This document shows, one piece after another, positions 12,040 through 26,440 of a DNA stretch of 64,000 nt (positions are counted from its first letter, which is position 1; every line of letters begins with the position of its first letter). The notes under the pieces were generated by a model. The model ran no database searches, was not told where the DNA came from, and worked only from the letters and a program-made list of their open reading frames with translations. Source of the DNA: Octopus sinensis (Eukaryota); the NCBI RefSeq assembly GCF_006345805.1, contig NC_042998.1:4650001-4714000 (forward strand). The letters are read 5' to 3'. A program made the position numbers and the translations under genes.

Positions 12040-12560
12040 CCTTGTATCCATTTTCTGCCTCTAAAATCTCTTGAGAAAAACCAAGTTAATTTTTGTAGCT
12101 ACTCAAAACACAGGGTAATTAGCTGAACAAAATGAGATTTATTTACATTTAGCATGAAAATTCTTGATTCAATTAGATTTAGGCTAAAAAAAGTGAACAT
12201 TTGTTATGGAATAATTATTTATGAGCAACACACTATTTTATGAATACCATTGACAATAAAATTGCAAACATTTTCTTTTAGATATTGTGTCCAATTGCCC
12301 TTCTATCAAAAATCCTTCTGCTGAAAGCTTTAGCATTCAAAAATACCATTCTACCAGTCAATGATTCCCATTTTATAACATTATGGAAATTTGGACGTTT
12401 CAGTTTTTTCAAGAAAAAAAAAACTGTAACCTTGTTCAGAAAGAATGAAGAAATTTTGTTGAATTTAGCAATGAATGCTACTGATGGGATGGAGATGTGT
12501 GAAATAGTTGGTTTATAGTTTACAAACTTGTTGCTGTTGGTGTTCAGTGAGTTAAGATTA
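12040..12560 (+). mobile_element. Penelope-like element reverse transcriptase relic
   Basis: SMKILDSIR, LDIVSNCPSI (resembles FDIVDFYPSI), LLLKALAF and LAMNATDGMEMCEIVGL (resembles VTMGSYDGAEVCELVGL). Frameshifted. Confidence 0.7.
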
Positions 12561-15136
12561 AAATTACTGCACGCAGTAAACATCCAAGTGTTTATCTAAC
12601 TATCACATTAGTTCCACATTGTGAATATTTGTATTTTCTATTCATCTATTATGCCAACGAATATACTATATTAACATTAATCTATGTACTTTCTCTATAA
12701 CCGAAATTACTATTACTCTAACATTGAATATCCTAATGTTTTGAATATATGACAGGCAGTCGAAGTGACTGTTATTGTAACAATGCTATTTCCACATCCA
12801 AATATTTTTCTTTTTTATCGTAACATTTAGTAACAGAGCGTTGTTATCGAACCCTGTTTTCAACATTGCATACGTGTGTAACTAAGCTAATACTAATTTT
12901 TACCTAGAAATCAAGTAATAGTTTTACATATAAGGTTCTTCAAATGTTTTCAGTGAAACCCAGTGGAGAGTATATTCGACAGTTAATAAGACTGTTTGTT
13001 TGATGGTTTATTGATTGCGTCATTAATGAACTCTGTGTCTCCATTTTTATACATATTTGTGTTTAATATATTACAACAAATTTAAACAGAACACTGGTAA
13101 TATATTAAATGTAATAGCTTTCGTAATATTATCGGAAATATGTCAACAAGTTTAAAATATTACTGCTTCGAATTCTCAATATGGTACTAAGAAAAGGTTA
13201 AATATAAAAATGACCAAAGCCGGAGAATAAAATACATGTGTCTGGGAACCAGATATCTGAAATTCCTTTCATCATAATTCTTTTCGATAAGAGCTGACGT
13301 TAAGCTAATTAACCAGTACTCTTTATAAATTCTATAGAATTCAATATTTCAAAGCGAGGAATTATCAGCTTTACATATATTCTATTTCCATTCCGTACAT
13401 TTTACAGAAATGTCTTTTAATATCCGTTAACAGTGCTGTGAGTGGGAAATGTTTTAAGGTATCAAAATAAATACACCTCAATAATTTCATTGCAACAGGT
13501 TCCGAAACTCAATCTTGGTGAGGTCAAATTTACTTTTGATAATTTGGATATACTGTAACTTCTAACACTGGGATACATAAAAAATTGAATATTTACAACA
13601 ATACAACAACCATTTTCGTATAAATGCTAAACGACGGGGAGATCAGTGTGTTTGATTATGCTTGAATCTATTTTGCCACAAATCACTATGGTGAAGTTTT
13701 TATCAACCATTTACATATATATATATATATTATTATTTGTAGTAACTAAAGAATGATTCTGTACTCAGAAAGACCTTTGACAATTATGTATACTTGTAGT
13801 TTTGAGTATTATATTCATAAATCTTTTGGTCAACGATATTTTTATATCTTACTGAGAGCAGCTGTTTCACTAATGGTGAATGTATGAACAGGAAACGACA
13901 TCTCAGTTCTGAACAGCTTCAGAGAAAACGTAATTAATCATATTTGTCTCTGATAAGAATTCCAACATAATAAATCACTTTAGAATAACTTTGAAAATTT
14001 ACTTAAAATTTTGTATTAGTTTTGCAGATATTCAGTCATAAACGCAGCCATACATATGTAGTACGAAGGTCACTTTGAAACAATAATGTTTTAACGGTTT
14101 CATTCCCACTGCTGTGCTGCACGTTGACGAGTATTTTGTTCTATAACTATGAAGTGATCTACAACTTGTGGCAAACATTTAAAATCTTTAGTGCGCGTGT
14201 ACATGTATGTCTCTATGTATGTATCATTCTGTATGTATGCGTGTGTTATTCAGTTCTGTTGATCGGCCATGATGTAAAGACCGATGAAAGACGGCTACGC
14301 TCTGAAATACTTCAACCACTACCGCGATCATCATCTTCATTTTCCTGAACATAAAATTGTAATGCATTAGTTTTTGCAGAGTTAGTTTAAAAGCAAAACG
14401 GTCTTACCATACTCTTTGCAAAACACTGTAAGGAAAAGTTTAGAAGTATTCTCTAATTGATTTGATGAGAATAATTACCAGCTGAAACAAACAAATAAAT
14501 GACCTAACATGTTTGTACAATTGTATGGAAAGGCATAAGTTGATTACATCGATCCCACTGTTCATCTAGTATTTATTTTATCGACCGGGAAATGATAAAA
14601 GATAGAGCTGATCTCGACTTGACGTTAACTCAGATCATAAAGAACCAGATGAAAGGCCACTAATCATTTTGTCCGACTGGCTAATGATTCTGTCACCTCG
14701 TCGCCCTAATGGAACAGAGAAATGAAATAGAACAGAACTAGCCAAAGTAATTAGAGTAACTTAAAGAGGCAATATCTATGTGCTCACAACAGCTGCTTGA
14801 AATATCGCCGAAATTTCCCAAAACTCACACGAAATATAGATGTGCATACATTATGATGTATTTTGTAAGTATGACATAGTCTTGAGTGGAACACTTTTTG
14901 TCATACTTCTACTCAATCAAGACTCACTTTGTGAAAAATACTCAATTTATTACATAAAAGTAAAAGCATTATACATGAAACCTTTACAAATGTACATCAA
15001 GATAGGTGTATCCTCATTTTAACTGTGATCAAGTTGTAAGATCATCAATGCAAAGGAACAGGACATTAAAATTGCCTGAAATGGAAAATCTAATGTTTCA
15101 AAGCAATAATAAATAAATTTCACGAGCAATAAAACA

Positions 15137-15425
15137 TACTCTACTCTTTCTACTCTTTCACTTGTTTCAGTCATTTGACTGCGGCCATGCTGGAGCACCG
15201 CCTTTAGTCGAGCAAATCGGCCCCAGGACTTATTCTTTGTAAGCCTAGTACTTATTCTATCAGACTCATGCTGAATCGCTAAGTTACGGGGGCGTAAACA
15301 CAGCAACATCGGTTGTCAAGCGAAGGTGGGGGCCAAACGCTGACACACAAACATATACACACATACATACATATACATATATCTATCTATCTATCTATCT
15401 ACCTATCTATCTATCTATCTATCTA

Positions 15426-15462
<37 letters not shown>

Positions 15463-15627
15463 GACAGGCTTCTTTCAGTTTCCATCTATCAAATCCACTC
15501 ACAAAGATGTGGTCGACCCGAAGCTATAGTAGAAGCCACTTGCCCAAGGTGCTATGTAGTGAGAATGAACTCGGAACCATGTTGTTGGTAAGCAAGCTGC
15601 ATACTACACAGCCACTCCTGCGCCTAT
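15137..15627 (-). mobile_element. Full-length tRNA-derived SINE with internal (ATCT)n(TA)n
   Basis: Complete head, core, internal microsatellite (15380-15461) and tail in reverse orientation. Confidence 0.9.
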
Positions 15628-16714
15628 CTACAAAATTTCTTTTCTTAAGGTAGATATTTAATAGTTTATGCATTAGCGAATAAACTATTATGTACTAATT
15701 AGTAATAAAACAAATCTATAAAAGCTATTTTCTTAGGGTAGATACTTAATAGTTTATTAATGACAAGAAATATCTTGTGAGTCAATGAATTTTGTCTTAA
15801 CACTATAAAATATAGTATCATTAACATATATACTATGTTATAGTGTGGCTTATAGGGAAGTACCTTTCAATATTAAATGACTTATACTTTAACATCCATG
15901 TCAGAATGTGCCTCTATACATTCAGCATGCAGGATAAAGACAGAAACCGGAATGTTGTAAAGGAGTTTGATGTGAAGGTGAACAGATTCAGCAAACTTGA
16001 CATCTGCCGACTGATGAACATTTTTCTTTAATGAGAAGCAGTTCTATACATGAATGACTTACGATCTCAGCGCTTTGCAATGTCACATAACAAACTAACC
16101 TAGAAAAAAAAATCGTTGGCATTTAGATAATACAGTTTTGATACTGAAATACCGTGATATTTCAGACGTCATATATAATCTCGTCTAAGGACGATACGCA
16201 TCAAATGGAAAATAATTGATTTATGAATAGTATTGAAAAAAACAACAAAAAGAAAAGGTCAAGCTTTATATGAACTAACTTGCTTAGGTAGTAGATTCAT
16301 GCTAGCATAGTATAATGCACGGAGTATTTACATAATTCAGAAACGATGAATATCAAAGCTGAATTTAGAAAGTCAGTCTCAAGCCTAGATTCCGTATCAT
16401 TGGTGAAATAGCGAAGCACTTTCTCCTTTTAAAACCTGCTGAAACCTTTACAAAAATCCACAATTTGCAAAAGTTCTACCGCAAATGGTTGAACAGGGTA
16501 GAGAATATACACATATACTTATAAGTGGACCTCGCAGACATTTGAACAATCCTGATAACGAGGCGAAAATATCCGCTAAGCATTTTTTCCAGCGAGGCAA
16601 CGATTACATCAGCTCATAGGCCTTAAATTACATACGTATAAGATAATATATAATATAATATACTATAATGTAACATAATATAATATACATAATATGTATA
16701 AACACACATATTTG

Positions 16715-16791
<77 letters not shown>

Positions 16792-17263
16792 GCGTGTGCG
16801 TGTATATATATATATATATGCACATACACACACATATAATATATATTGATTTGTAAATATGTATAGTTCTAAATCCATACTTTTATACTTTTATTCATAG
16901 TCCGGTGTTAAATTGCTTTGTAATGACTATCAGGAATATATACGCCACATTAACTTCTACGAGTGTTTAGTGTCTACAAAATCAGGAACTAAAAAAAAAT
17001 CCCAGAAAACAACATAATACAAACAAAACATGACCTGAATTAAATGGACTTCAAATGCTTATCGAAAGTGAAAACTGTGTTACACTTTCTATTATACAAG
17101 CATATTACTGAGGGAATATGTTTTATCCAATTATTTGTCTAGTGTCTATTTGCTAATCTTTCTTATAAACATAAACATAAAATTATATACATATGTATGT
17201 GTCAGTGTTTATGTTTGTGCGAGCCTGTGTATGAGTGATTGTGTGTGAGAGAGGTAAAGAATA

Positions 17264-17305
<42 letters not shown>

Positions 17306-17502
17306 GCAGCATACATATGAAACTAAGCAAACAGTCGCGTTTCTGTACGCCCCATGAGGGAGAACACATATACGTTATGGTACTTCTACAGAGCGAAGGT
17401 TTAGAAAGAATTAGGTTCATGGAGTATAGTTGATACATAAATGCTGATCTGTAACATTTTCCCCAAAGCCATCGAACGACCACTAATCATACATACATAC
17501 AT

Positions 17503-17618
<116 letters not shown>

Positions 17619-18195
17619 ATAAATATATATATTAGGATATGTTAGCGCCATGCAGTACTTAGGCACAAGCAAAATTATTTACATTAGCTAAAATTTGTAT
17701 GTCACATATTTCAAGTACTAAAAGAAAAATTCCCTGCAGTTACAGTGGAAAAAATATCTTTCTTATGGTAAAAATGTGTGAAAACACCCGGTTTGTTCAA
17801 TGCCAGCATCTATTAGGAATCCTAAATATCGATGTTTTGAACTAACCTTAATTTTGCTTATGCCTAAATACTACTTGGCGCTAACATTTCGTTACTTTAC
17901 TCGATCGTGAGATCTACCAGCGCAAATCAGTCAATGCTATTGACGGCATTTAACATAAAGCTAGTGCTTTCTAGAGTTGTTTAGACTTTCTTCTCTGAGC
18001 TACGACTCATTTGGAAGAGTAAAAATTCAGAGCATCGCTGTCTGGAATTCCTGTTAGATGGCGACACTGAAGAAACCGGATGATTTCACAAATTTTTACC
18101 ACAAGACAGGTATTTTCTCCACGCTAACAGCAGTAAATTTGCTTTTAGCTGCTGAAATGTATCAATAGCATATTTTATATAATCTAAATTTTGCT

Positions 18196-18248
<53 letters not shown>

Positions 18249-18282
18249 TGTGTGTGCGTGTGCATGTATATATACATATATA

Positions 18283-19515
18283 CAAGGGTCAGACAAAATA
18301 AAGGAAACACCTAGCATCATAGAATCATAATTTTGAAATATCTATAAAACCATCAAAAGCTTGTTTATTTTTGTTTTTTGATTCCTTGTTAGTGTTGCTT
18401 AATATGTTTTGTTAAAATTGCAGTTTCTTTTCAGATACCATCAGAAAAAGGTAATTAAAATTCATTAAAATGAGATTTTTCGGGCTTTGAATGAGGTCAA
18501 ATTGTTGGCGCTAATATGGCAGGCGCTAGCGTAATGAAAACAGCCGAAATGTTTGAGACAGAAGGAAAACCCTCCTCGTCGAAACAAAACTCCAGAAAAA
18601 AACCAAAACTTTCAGATAGGGACCGTCGGAATCTTACGCGAATTGTTTGAAAGGATCACAAAAGTACAGCTCCCAAAATTACTGCAGAGCCTAATGACCA
18701 CCAAGAGAACCCAGTTTTCACAAGATCTATTCGCCGGGAGCTGCACAAAACCGGATTTCACGTGGGGGGGGGGGGCTCCAATCAGTAAACCACTACTTCC
18801 AAAAACAAACGCTGCAAAGTTTTTAGAGCGGAGTAAAACCCTACAGAATTGGTCCCAAGAGCAGTGAAAGAACGCTATTTTCTCCGACGAGTCATCCGTC
18901 ACCTTATTTCTGACCACCGGCTGAGTATACGTGTGGAGACAGCAAAAGAACCATAACCCAAGTTGCTTTCTTCCAACTGTTAAACATGGAGAAGGATTTG
19001 TGATGATCTGGTGGGGGCCTATATTTTGGAAATCTGCCGGCCCAATGATTTCCGTTCATGGCAGAATTAATAATCAAGACTATTTAAGTATGTTATCTGA
19101 TCAAATTCATCTTATGGTTGCGGAACTGTTTCCGAAGGGAAACGCCATCTTTCAGAATGATAATGCACCAATTCACGCAACTGAATTTATTACTGAATGG
19201 CACGATGAACATTCTAGTGAAGTTGAATATCTTATCTGGCCAACACAGTCCCCAGATCTCAATATCATTGAACATTTATGGTACATTTTAGAAAAAGAAG
19301 TAAGAAGTCGATATCCTACACCATCATCACTACAAGAACTGGAGACTGTTTTAACTGAAGAATGGAGAAAAAATTCCTTTGGAAACAATGCAAATTTGTA
19401 CGAGTCCATGCCTCATAAAATTCGAGCTGTAATTACTGCCAAATGCGGTCCTGCCCCATATTAAAATAAATTTGTTTGAAATTTTAAGGTGTTTCCATTA
19501 TTTTGTCCAACCCCG
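18283..19515 (+). mobile_element. Tc1-like DNA transposon, about 1.23 kb, frameshifted transposase with DD36E triad
   Basis: TIRs caagggtcagacaaaataaaggaaacacct and aggtgtttccattattttgtccaaccccg, in TA context. Motifs FSDES, QNDNAPIH and SPDLNIIEHLW, with 36 residues between the second D and the E. ORF pieces lie at 18553-18867 and 18931-19464. Confidence 0.9.
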
Positions 19516-19538
19516 ATATATATATATATATATATAAT

Positions 19539-19594
<56 letters not shown>

Positions 19595-19693
19595 CATGCA
19601 TGCATGTATGTATGTATATATATATATATATACGTTTAAATATTTGTTAAATATTTTATTGGCTAAACTGGCAAAATGACCATTCCGAAATAT

Positions 19694-19747
<54 letters not shown>

Positions 19748-20653
19748 TATATATATATTATATATATATATATATATATAACTATATACATATAAACACA
19801 TACGCACACGCATTACTGGAATCAGCTATAAGTCAAACTTACTACAATAATGAAAATTATGTAACGTTCATTATTCATACTTTATTTTATAGTATATATA
19901 GTATATAGTATGTATAGTAATAATAATGATAAAGAGAACGGAGATTTTTTACATCCATAATTTTATTTAACAGTTATTTACATCATCTTTACATGTCTTT
20001 TAACTGCAGCGACTGCGCACTGTTGGATATGCATACAGGTGTCACAGTCGGTGCAGTTTCATCAGCGTCCTTACTCTCTGCCGTTTCGAAAACAAACTGA
20101 AGAGGTAGGTGCAACTATTAATAATTGAAGGAATCTTGACATAGATTTCACCTCTAGTAAATGTGGTATGTGAAGAGATACACAATCCAAAAAATAGTTC
20201 AACGTTTCATTGAATGTTTATATAGATTTATCATTAACAGATGTTTACCATTCCTCTCACTTCAAAGAGCATATTCTTAGTATAGACGCATTCTATCATG
20301 TTTGATTTACCTTTTGGTTTCTCAATTGTTATTAGAATGCAATCTCAAAAAGTTTAACTATTTCCCATCGATTTAACCACACCAGTCATTGTTAATACCT
20401 ATTCTAACGGACCAAAAGTGCACAAATTATATCTCCCTTCCCTCGTTTTTTTTTGTTGTTCTTTGATTTAATTTGATCTTTCGCCCTTTTTCTCAGAAAG
20501 TGTTAAGCGTCTCACATAGAATAACAATTGTGAAAACAAGAACCAATAAAATAAATCTGACACGACAGTAGAACTGTACACTAAGAATATTCTCTTTGAA
20601 ATGAGTGGAAGAATAAACTACTAATATCCTGCAGTTTTCCAGGAAATAAAACA

Positions 20654-20736
20654 TGAGACGCTTTATAAGAAAAGGTGAGACGCTTTATAAGAAAAGGTGA
20701 GGCGCTTTATAAGAAAAGGTGAGGCGCTTTGTAAGA
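20654..20736. repeat. 22-bp minisatellite, about 3.8 copies
   Basis: Unit tgag(a/g)cgctttataagaaaagg repeated in tandem. Confidence 0.9.
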
Positions 20737-21179
20737 TGCCTGACACTTTGTGTGAAAAAGTGATAAATACAAAAGCGAACTAGAAAAAATTAAATGAAAC
20801 AGCAACAAGAAAATGAGAGAAGGGAGATATATGTTGTGCACCTTTCGTCTGTTAGAATGAGTGTTAACAAAGGTTGCTGTGATTAATTCGATGGTAAATA
20901 GTTAAACCTTATGAGACTCCATTCTAATGCGGAGACAGACATTTTCTATAGTTTAGTAATATGAACTTGTCGAGCTGCTTGCATCCAGTGAAAAATGTCG
21001 AATCTAAAACTTTAGTTATTTGATTTCAATTGGTTACAATTATTTCGGCTATACAAAACCTACATTTCTTTGAACCGCTAATGTATGGCATAGCCCCTCA
21101 CCGATGCTCCACTTGATGGTTTGTGTGGCATTTTAGCCTTGAAGACCCAGATACCTTTTAATAATAGAATCAAGGCTCC

Positions 21180-21487
21180 GGCTAGGTGCTTTACCGTTAT
21201 GCTAAACTACCTGCTGACAAATTAATCCACTATTTTAGATGAAGACTCTGGCCAAGTGCTTTAACGTGAAGCTAAACTGTTCGCTAACAATTTAATCTGT
21301 TTCAGGGGATGTGGGTTCGAGCCCCATGCCTTTTTATTGACAAATTTTTCCACTTTGTAGGAGTAATTTGTCCTATATTTCTGCTGTTCTAATGGCGTCT
21401 CAGTGTTCGAAAAATAAAATGTCACCTTATTTGCATCTTATAAAACACATTTCGATGCTTTCAAAAAAAAGAAGTGTTATATATATT

Positions 21488-21518
<31 letters not shown>

Positions 21519-21840
21519 GTATATTTATATACATATACATATATATATGTATATTTATATACAGATAGTAGTACATTTAGCTTTATAGCGTCTAAAATGC
21601 AGATTAATTTGTCAGCGAACAGTTTAGCGTTTCTAGATTGAGACTTCGGCCATTAAGCAAAACTGCCCGCTGATAAATTAATCCCTTTCATGCGATGTGA
21701 GTTCGAGTCTCATGGCTGTTTCTTGACAAATATTTCCGCTTTGTAAGAGTTATTTACCCAATATTTCTGCTTTTCGAAAAATTAATTATCTTATTTGTGT
21801 CTTACAATACACATTTCCGTGCTCGTATAAAACTAATGTT
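21180..21840. repeat. Duplicated unit of about 230 bp containing four copies of a 28-bp motif
   Basis: About 21250-21480 is similar to about 21648-21840. The motif gctaaactgttcgctgacaaattaatcc occurs at 21201, 21271, 21601 (inverted) and 21657. B-box-like g(g/a)gttcgag is present in both units. Confidence 0.65.
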
Positions 21841-22600
21841 TATTTATATTTATATACACGTATATATATATATGTGTGTGTGTATACGCATATGTGTCTC
21901 TACGTTTATATATATGTGTATATATATGTGTATACATATATATATATATGCGTGAGCGGCCGAGTGTACGCACGTATCTTTCAATATTCAGGCACACATA
22001 TGCACTCGAAGATATACGTCTATATATCCTCGTGTGTGTGTGTTTAAACACATATGTAGAGAGAGAGAGAGAGAGACCTGACTAATGGCAATTTCGTTTC
22101 ATAATTTTGTTTCCTAATCATTGTACTTAACATTAATGTTTCAGGAAAGGAGCATTTATTTAAGAGGAAAACACCGTTTTAGCAGTAATCATAAATGGTT
22201 GAAATGAATTCATAACTGAACACTTAAAATTGCGTTGTTATACTTATAAAGTTTTTTTTTCATATTTAGTTAATTAGACTGTAGAAATTTATAACATTAA
22301 GTATAAATCAAATAACCATCATTATCCTTCTCCTCACCCATATCAGTCATCACCGTCATCGTCGTCAAAAGCAATGTTGTAGGATGATGCAGAAGAACAG
22401 TTAAATATACCCGCAAGATTTTCAGTGTCATTGTCTTTGTGTGTTCGAGTAAAGCAGGAGTTCTCGGCCATTTTTTATCTGTGGAACCCTTTCATTACTA
22501 TTGTCTTCTGGTCGACCCCCAGAGGCATTCGATGTTTCAATATTAGTTTTATGTAAATTTCTTTCAAATTTGTTTTTTCAACACATTATTAGATTGCACT

Positions 22601-22936
22601 GTGAAGGCACATGGCTCAGTGGTTAGAGCGTCGATCTGACGATCGTAACATTGTGTGTTCGAATCCCGGACCGGGCTGCGTGTTGTGTCCTTGGGCAAGA
22701 CACTTTATTTCACGTTGCTCCAGTTCACTCAGCGGTAGAAATGAGTTGCAACGTCACAGGTGCCAGGCTGTATCGGCCTTTTACTTTCCCTTGGATAACA
22801 CTGGTGGCGTGGAGAGGGGAGGCCGGTAAGCATGGGCGACTGTTGGTCTTCCATAAACAACCTTGCCCGGACTTGTGCATGGGAGGGTAACTTTCCAGGT
22901 GTAAACCCATGGTCAATCATGACCGAAGGAGGTCTC
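22601..22936 (+). mobile_element. tRNA-derived SINE with 13-bp target-site duplication
   Basis: A box tggctcagtgg, B box gttcgaatcc and core ttgggcaagacactttatttcacgttgctccag. TSD attagattgcact occurs at 22588-22600 and 22937-22949. Confidence 0.9.
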
Positions 22937-23207
22937 ATTAGATTGCACTAATTTAAATGTCAGAGAAAAGAAATGAGCTGTTTTTTGTCATAAATACGTC
23001 TTAAGCAATTTTTTTCAGGTGTCTTAAAATACTATTCTGGATCGCCAATTTACTATTTTGTTGCGTGGGCCCACCAAAATCCTTGTTGAGAAAAGCTTAA
23101 TACCACCAATTAACTCTCCCATGCCGTTAGGTGACCTTCCATTTGTTCTAATCCTTTAGTGCTACCTCTGATCGGAAGGCAGTTTCCTCTCTACTGCTCT
23201 TCTTCTC

Positions 23208-23450
23208 AGTGGAGACGTGTGGCTTAGTGGTTAGGATACTAGATTCATGATCGTCAGATTGTGATTTCGATTCGTGGACTGGGGCACATTTGTTCTTGAG
23301 CAAAGCAATTCATTTCACTTCGCTCCAGTTTACTCAGCGAAAATGAGTAATCCAGTGGTGAACCGGCGTCCCGTTCAAGTGGAAGATATATATACGCATG
23401 AAACTGGAAACAGGCCCTTATCAGTCGGTATGAATCGAGAAGCTAACTAC
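23208..23450 (+). mobile_element. Degenerate tRNA-derived SINE
   Basis: gtggcttagtggttagg..ttcgattcg..ttgagcaaagcaattcatttcacttcgctccag. Confidence 0.7.
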
Positions 23451-24571
23451 AGCCTTCACCTTCTTTGCGTAGGCTCTGAAAATTGTCTTGGTCGCAACAC
23501 TTCCTCGTCTTACTAAGCACTTGAAAAGGAAAAGAAAAATACACGTAATTGATTTACTTATTGACAAAAGTAAATGCAATACATTAACAAATATAACGTC
23601 TTGGTGTGAACACTATCATATTTTAAATGAAGAAGTTACATATTAAATAAATGTTAAACACAATTTGATTGCAATTCTCTACAGAGATAACGATATACAA
23701 AGGCTCGTACTCAATTCTTTAGTGCGTTTACATCAAAAAGGTGGTTGGTTCAATTCCTAGACCATGCAACATTTTGCGTTCATGACTAAGGTAAGCAGTT
23801 CCCTTTGTTGCTTTTTATTTAACTGAACATGTGCCTAGCTGGGTCGGTGCAATTTTCTCTCTGTCTCTCTGTCTCTCTTTCAGTCTGCCTGTCTTTGTCA
23901 TATCCCCGACGTACTGCTGAGTAAAAGGTCAGAATAATGAGATCTCTTTTGTGTCTTCTCGCATCTTGCATAGGCACTTGAAATTAGTGAAAGAATGGTG
24001 AATGTTATTTAGTCTTAAATCTCTAGCAAGATATGATGGCCAGCTGTATGGATATAGTATACATATATGAACACAAATCCTGAAATGAAAGTATCGTTGG
24101 TTTCTAACACCGTCTAAATAATACCATACGAGTAATTAAATGATAACTAATGCTTCTTTTTCAGTATCTTTAAGAAATGATACAGTATTCAATTTCCTTT
24201 TATTGATATGATGTATTTCTTAATTTATATATTCTTCTAATTCAGAGATATTTATATTCGTTATATTCTATATATGCAGATCTGTAACTCACAGCAAAAA
24301 TACATGTACTGTATGTTTTTCATGACACGTATCTGCAAAGGTTAGAGGCGTCCATATTTTCAATAACGATGTCTAAGGAGCTAACTACCAACGATATGCT
24401 ATACATTACATCAAATGTACTGATTACAACAAATTAATTAACCGCAGTCTTCTTGTTTAGTATAACACGGGCTAGAAACTCAACATTGCAGCTAACTACA
24501 TTCGCTATTCTCATTGAATTGCAGTACGATTCTGAATGATACAAACTGGGTACTAACATTTTAATTAAATA

Positions 24572-25078
24572 CTAGCAGTATCTTCCGGCGTTGCTCCGGT
24601 TTGTTTCGACCCTTTAGATTTGGAATGTTTGAAAAGTAAATATTTTGCATTATATAGCTTGTTAGTCTCTTTAAGTGAATATTTTTCTGGTTAAAATACA
24701 CCGAAAAATGGCGACACAGCACAGCAATCACAAATCGTAAAAAATAGGGATTTTCATAGAAAATAAGCACCTTTTTTATGTAAATAAGTTTTCGAGTTAA
24801 CATGGTCTGATTTGAATATTTCCTTCTGCGGAAGGAAAAGCAAGCCTTCTTCCATTATACTCTTAATTTTGGTCAACTTGCGCCGCAGGGTCTCGGAGGA
24901 GATAGTGTTAGTTGAAGGCTACCAAACCTGCCATAAACAGACATAGGCGCAGGAGTGGCTGTGTGGTAAGTAGCTTGCTAACCAACCACATGGTTCCGGG
25001 TTCAGTCCCACTGCGTGGCATCTTGGGCAAGTGCCTTGTGAGTGGATTTGGTAGACGGTAACTGAAAGAAGCCCGTCG

Positions 25079-25120
<42 letters not shown>

Positions 25121-25365
25121 TTGTGTTTGCGTGTCTGTGTTTGTTCCCCTAGCATTGCTTGACAAGCGATGCTGGTGTGTTTACGTCCCCGTCACTTAGC
25201 GGTTCGGCAAAAAGTGACCGATAGAATAAGTACTGGGCTTACAAAAAGAATAAGTCCCGGGGTCGATTTGCTCGTCTAAAGGCGGTGCTCCAGAATGGCC
25301 GCAGTCAAATGACTGAAACAAGTAAAAGAAAAAAAAGAGTAAATTCAGCTTTATATAGAGAGAGA
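24572..25365 (-). mobile_element. Non-autonomous Helitron with a nested SINE
   Basis: The minus strand begins a|TCtctctctatataaagctgaa and ends with hairpin ccggagcaacgccgg followed by CTAG|t. The SINE sits about 20 bp inside the 5' end. Confidence 0.8.
24943..25343 (+). mobile_element. Near full-length tRNA-derived SINE nested in the Helitron
   Basis: ataggcgcaggagtggctgtgtggtaag..(TA)n..gactgaaacaagtaaaag, with a small deletion in the core. Confidence 0.9.
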
Positions 25366-26056
25366 TAATAACAACTTCACAATGATTACATTATCATCGC
25401 ATTGGACAATGCAGCATTCGTCATTTCATACCTTGTCGTCAACATTAACAATTCTATTGACATACCCAAAACAAAATTAAATGCAGGTAAAGTAGACATT
25501 TTGTGTTTAACACTTCTTATATCACCTGTACAGGAAGCAAATAAGTTGCTACTACTTTATTAAGATTACTTATTATTGGAAGTTGCTTTAGTAATTTATA
25601 CTATATATCTACTACTGTATTTTGATATCCAGTGTCTCGTTTAAATATTTCAAACGATTTCCTCAAAATCAACTTTCAATAGAGACATGACTTAAGAAAG
25701 ATGAGTTAAATTTATTTAGTCTTCGTCTTCAGTTTCACCATCATATTCTTACTTTACAAATAATGCTAGGAAACCGTTGTTCTGTTTGGATAAGCAACTG
25801 ATGTATAAATTCCATAATTTGCACGTTGCTAAGATATGTCAAAATATTACAATCTCAGAAAAACAACGTATTAACAGCTTTCTTTACATAGTTCGCATAG
25901 TAATATATCGCACATTATTCAGTCAAATATATAAGCCTAAAGCAAATAAGTTTAGAATAACTATCTGTTAAAAAACATATGCATGATGTATATTGATTAC
26001 AGTCTAATCTCGAAATAATCCAGGGGCGAAAATATATACAGATAGCCGCTGCAAAA

Positions 26057-26440
26057 TCTCTCTCTATATAAACGGCAGTTTGTCTGTGCGTGTTTCTGTG
26101 TGTCTGTTTTCTCGTACCCTCACCCTGACCACGGCTTTCAACCGATTCTGATGAAACTTAACACACACATAGCCCAATGTCATAATTCAAAACTAACGCA
26201 GCGAAAATTTTGAAAAGTTCCCCCAGTTCTGAAAAAAATCGATAAATTCGACATGGGGTCGAGAATCAGGAATACGAACCACAAACAGTCTAGGGGACGC
26301 AACTCTACCTTTTTTAAATCTCAAAAAAAAATTACCATAATTTTTTTCCATTTTTTGGCTATTTTTTGGCTATAACTCTCTAAAAATGCTTTATAGTTAT
26401 TTCCCTTACAAACCTGAGCAACGCCGGGCGATACTGCTAG
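26057..26440 (+). mobile_element. Non-autonomous Helitron
   Basis: Starts a|TCtctctctatataaa, has gtctgt repeats and aaccgattctgatgaaactt, and ends with hairpin cctgagcaacgccggg followed by CTAG|t. Confidence 0.85.

Noticed and set aside
20040-20110. CTGATGA (minus) and CTGAAGA (plus) core matches
   Set aside because: No helix II followed by GAAA and no NUH site or helix I.
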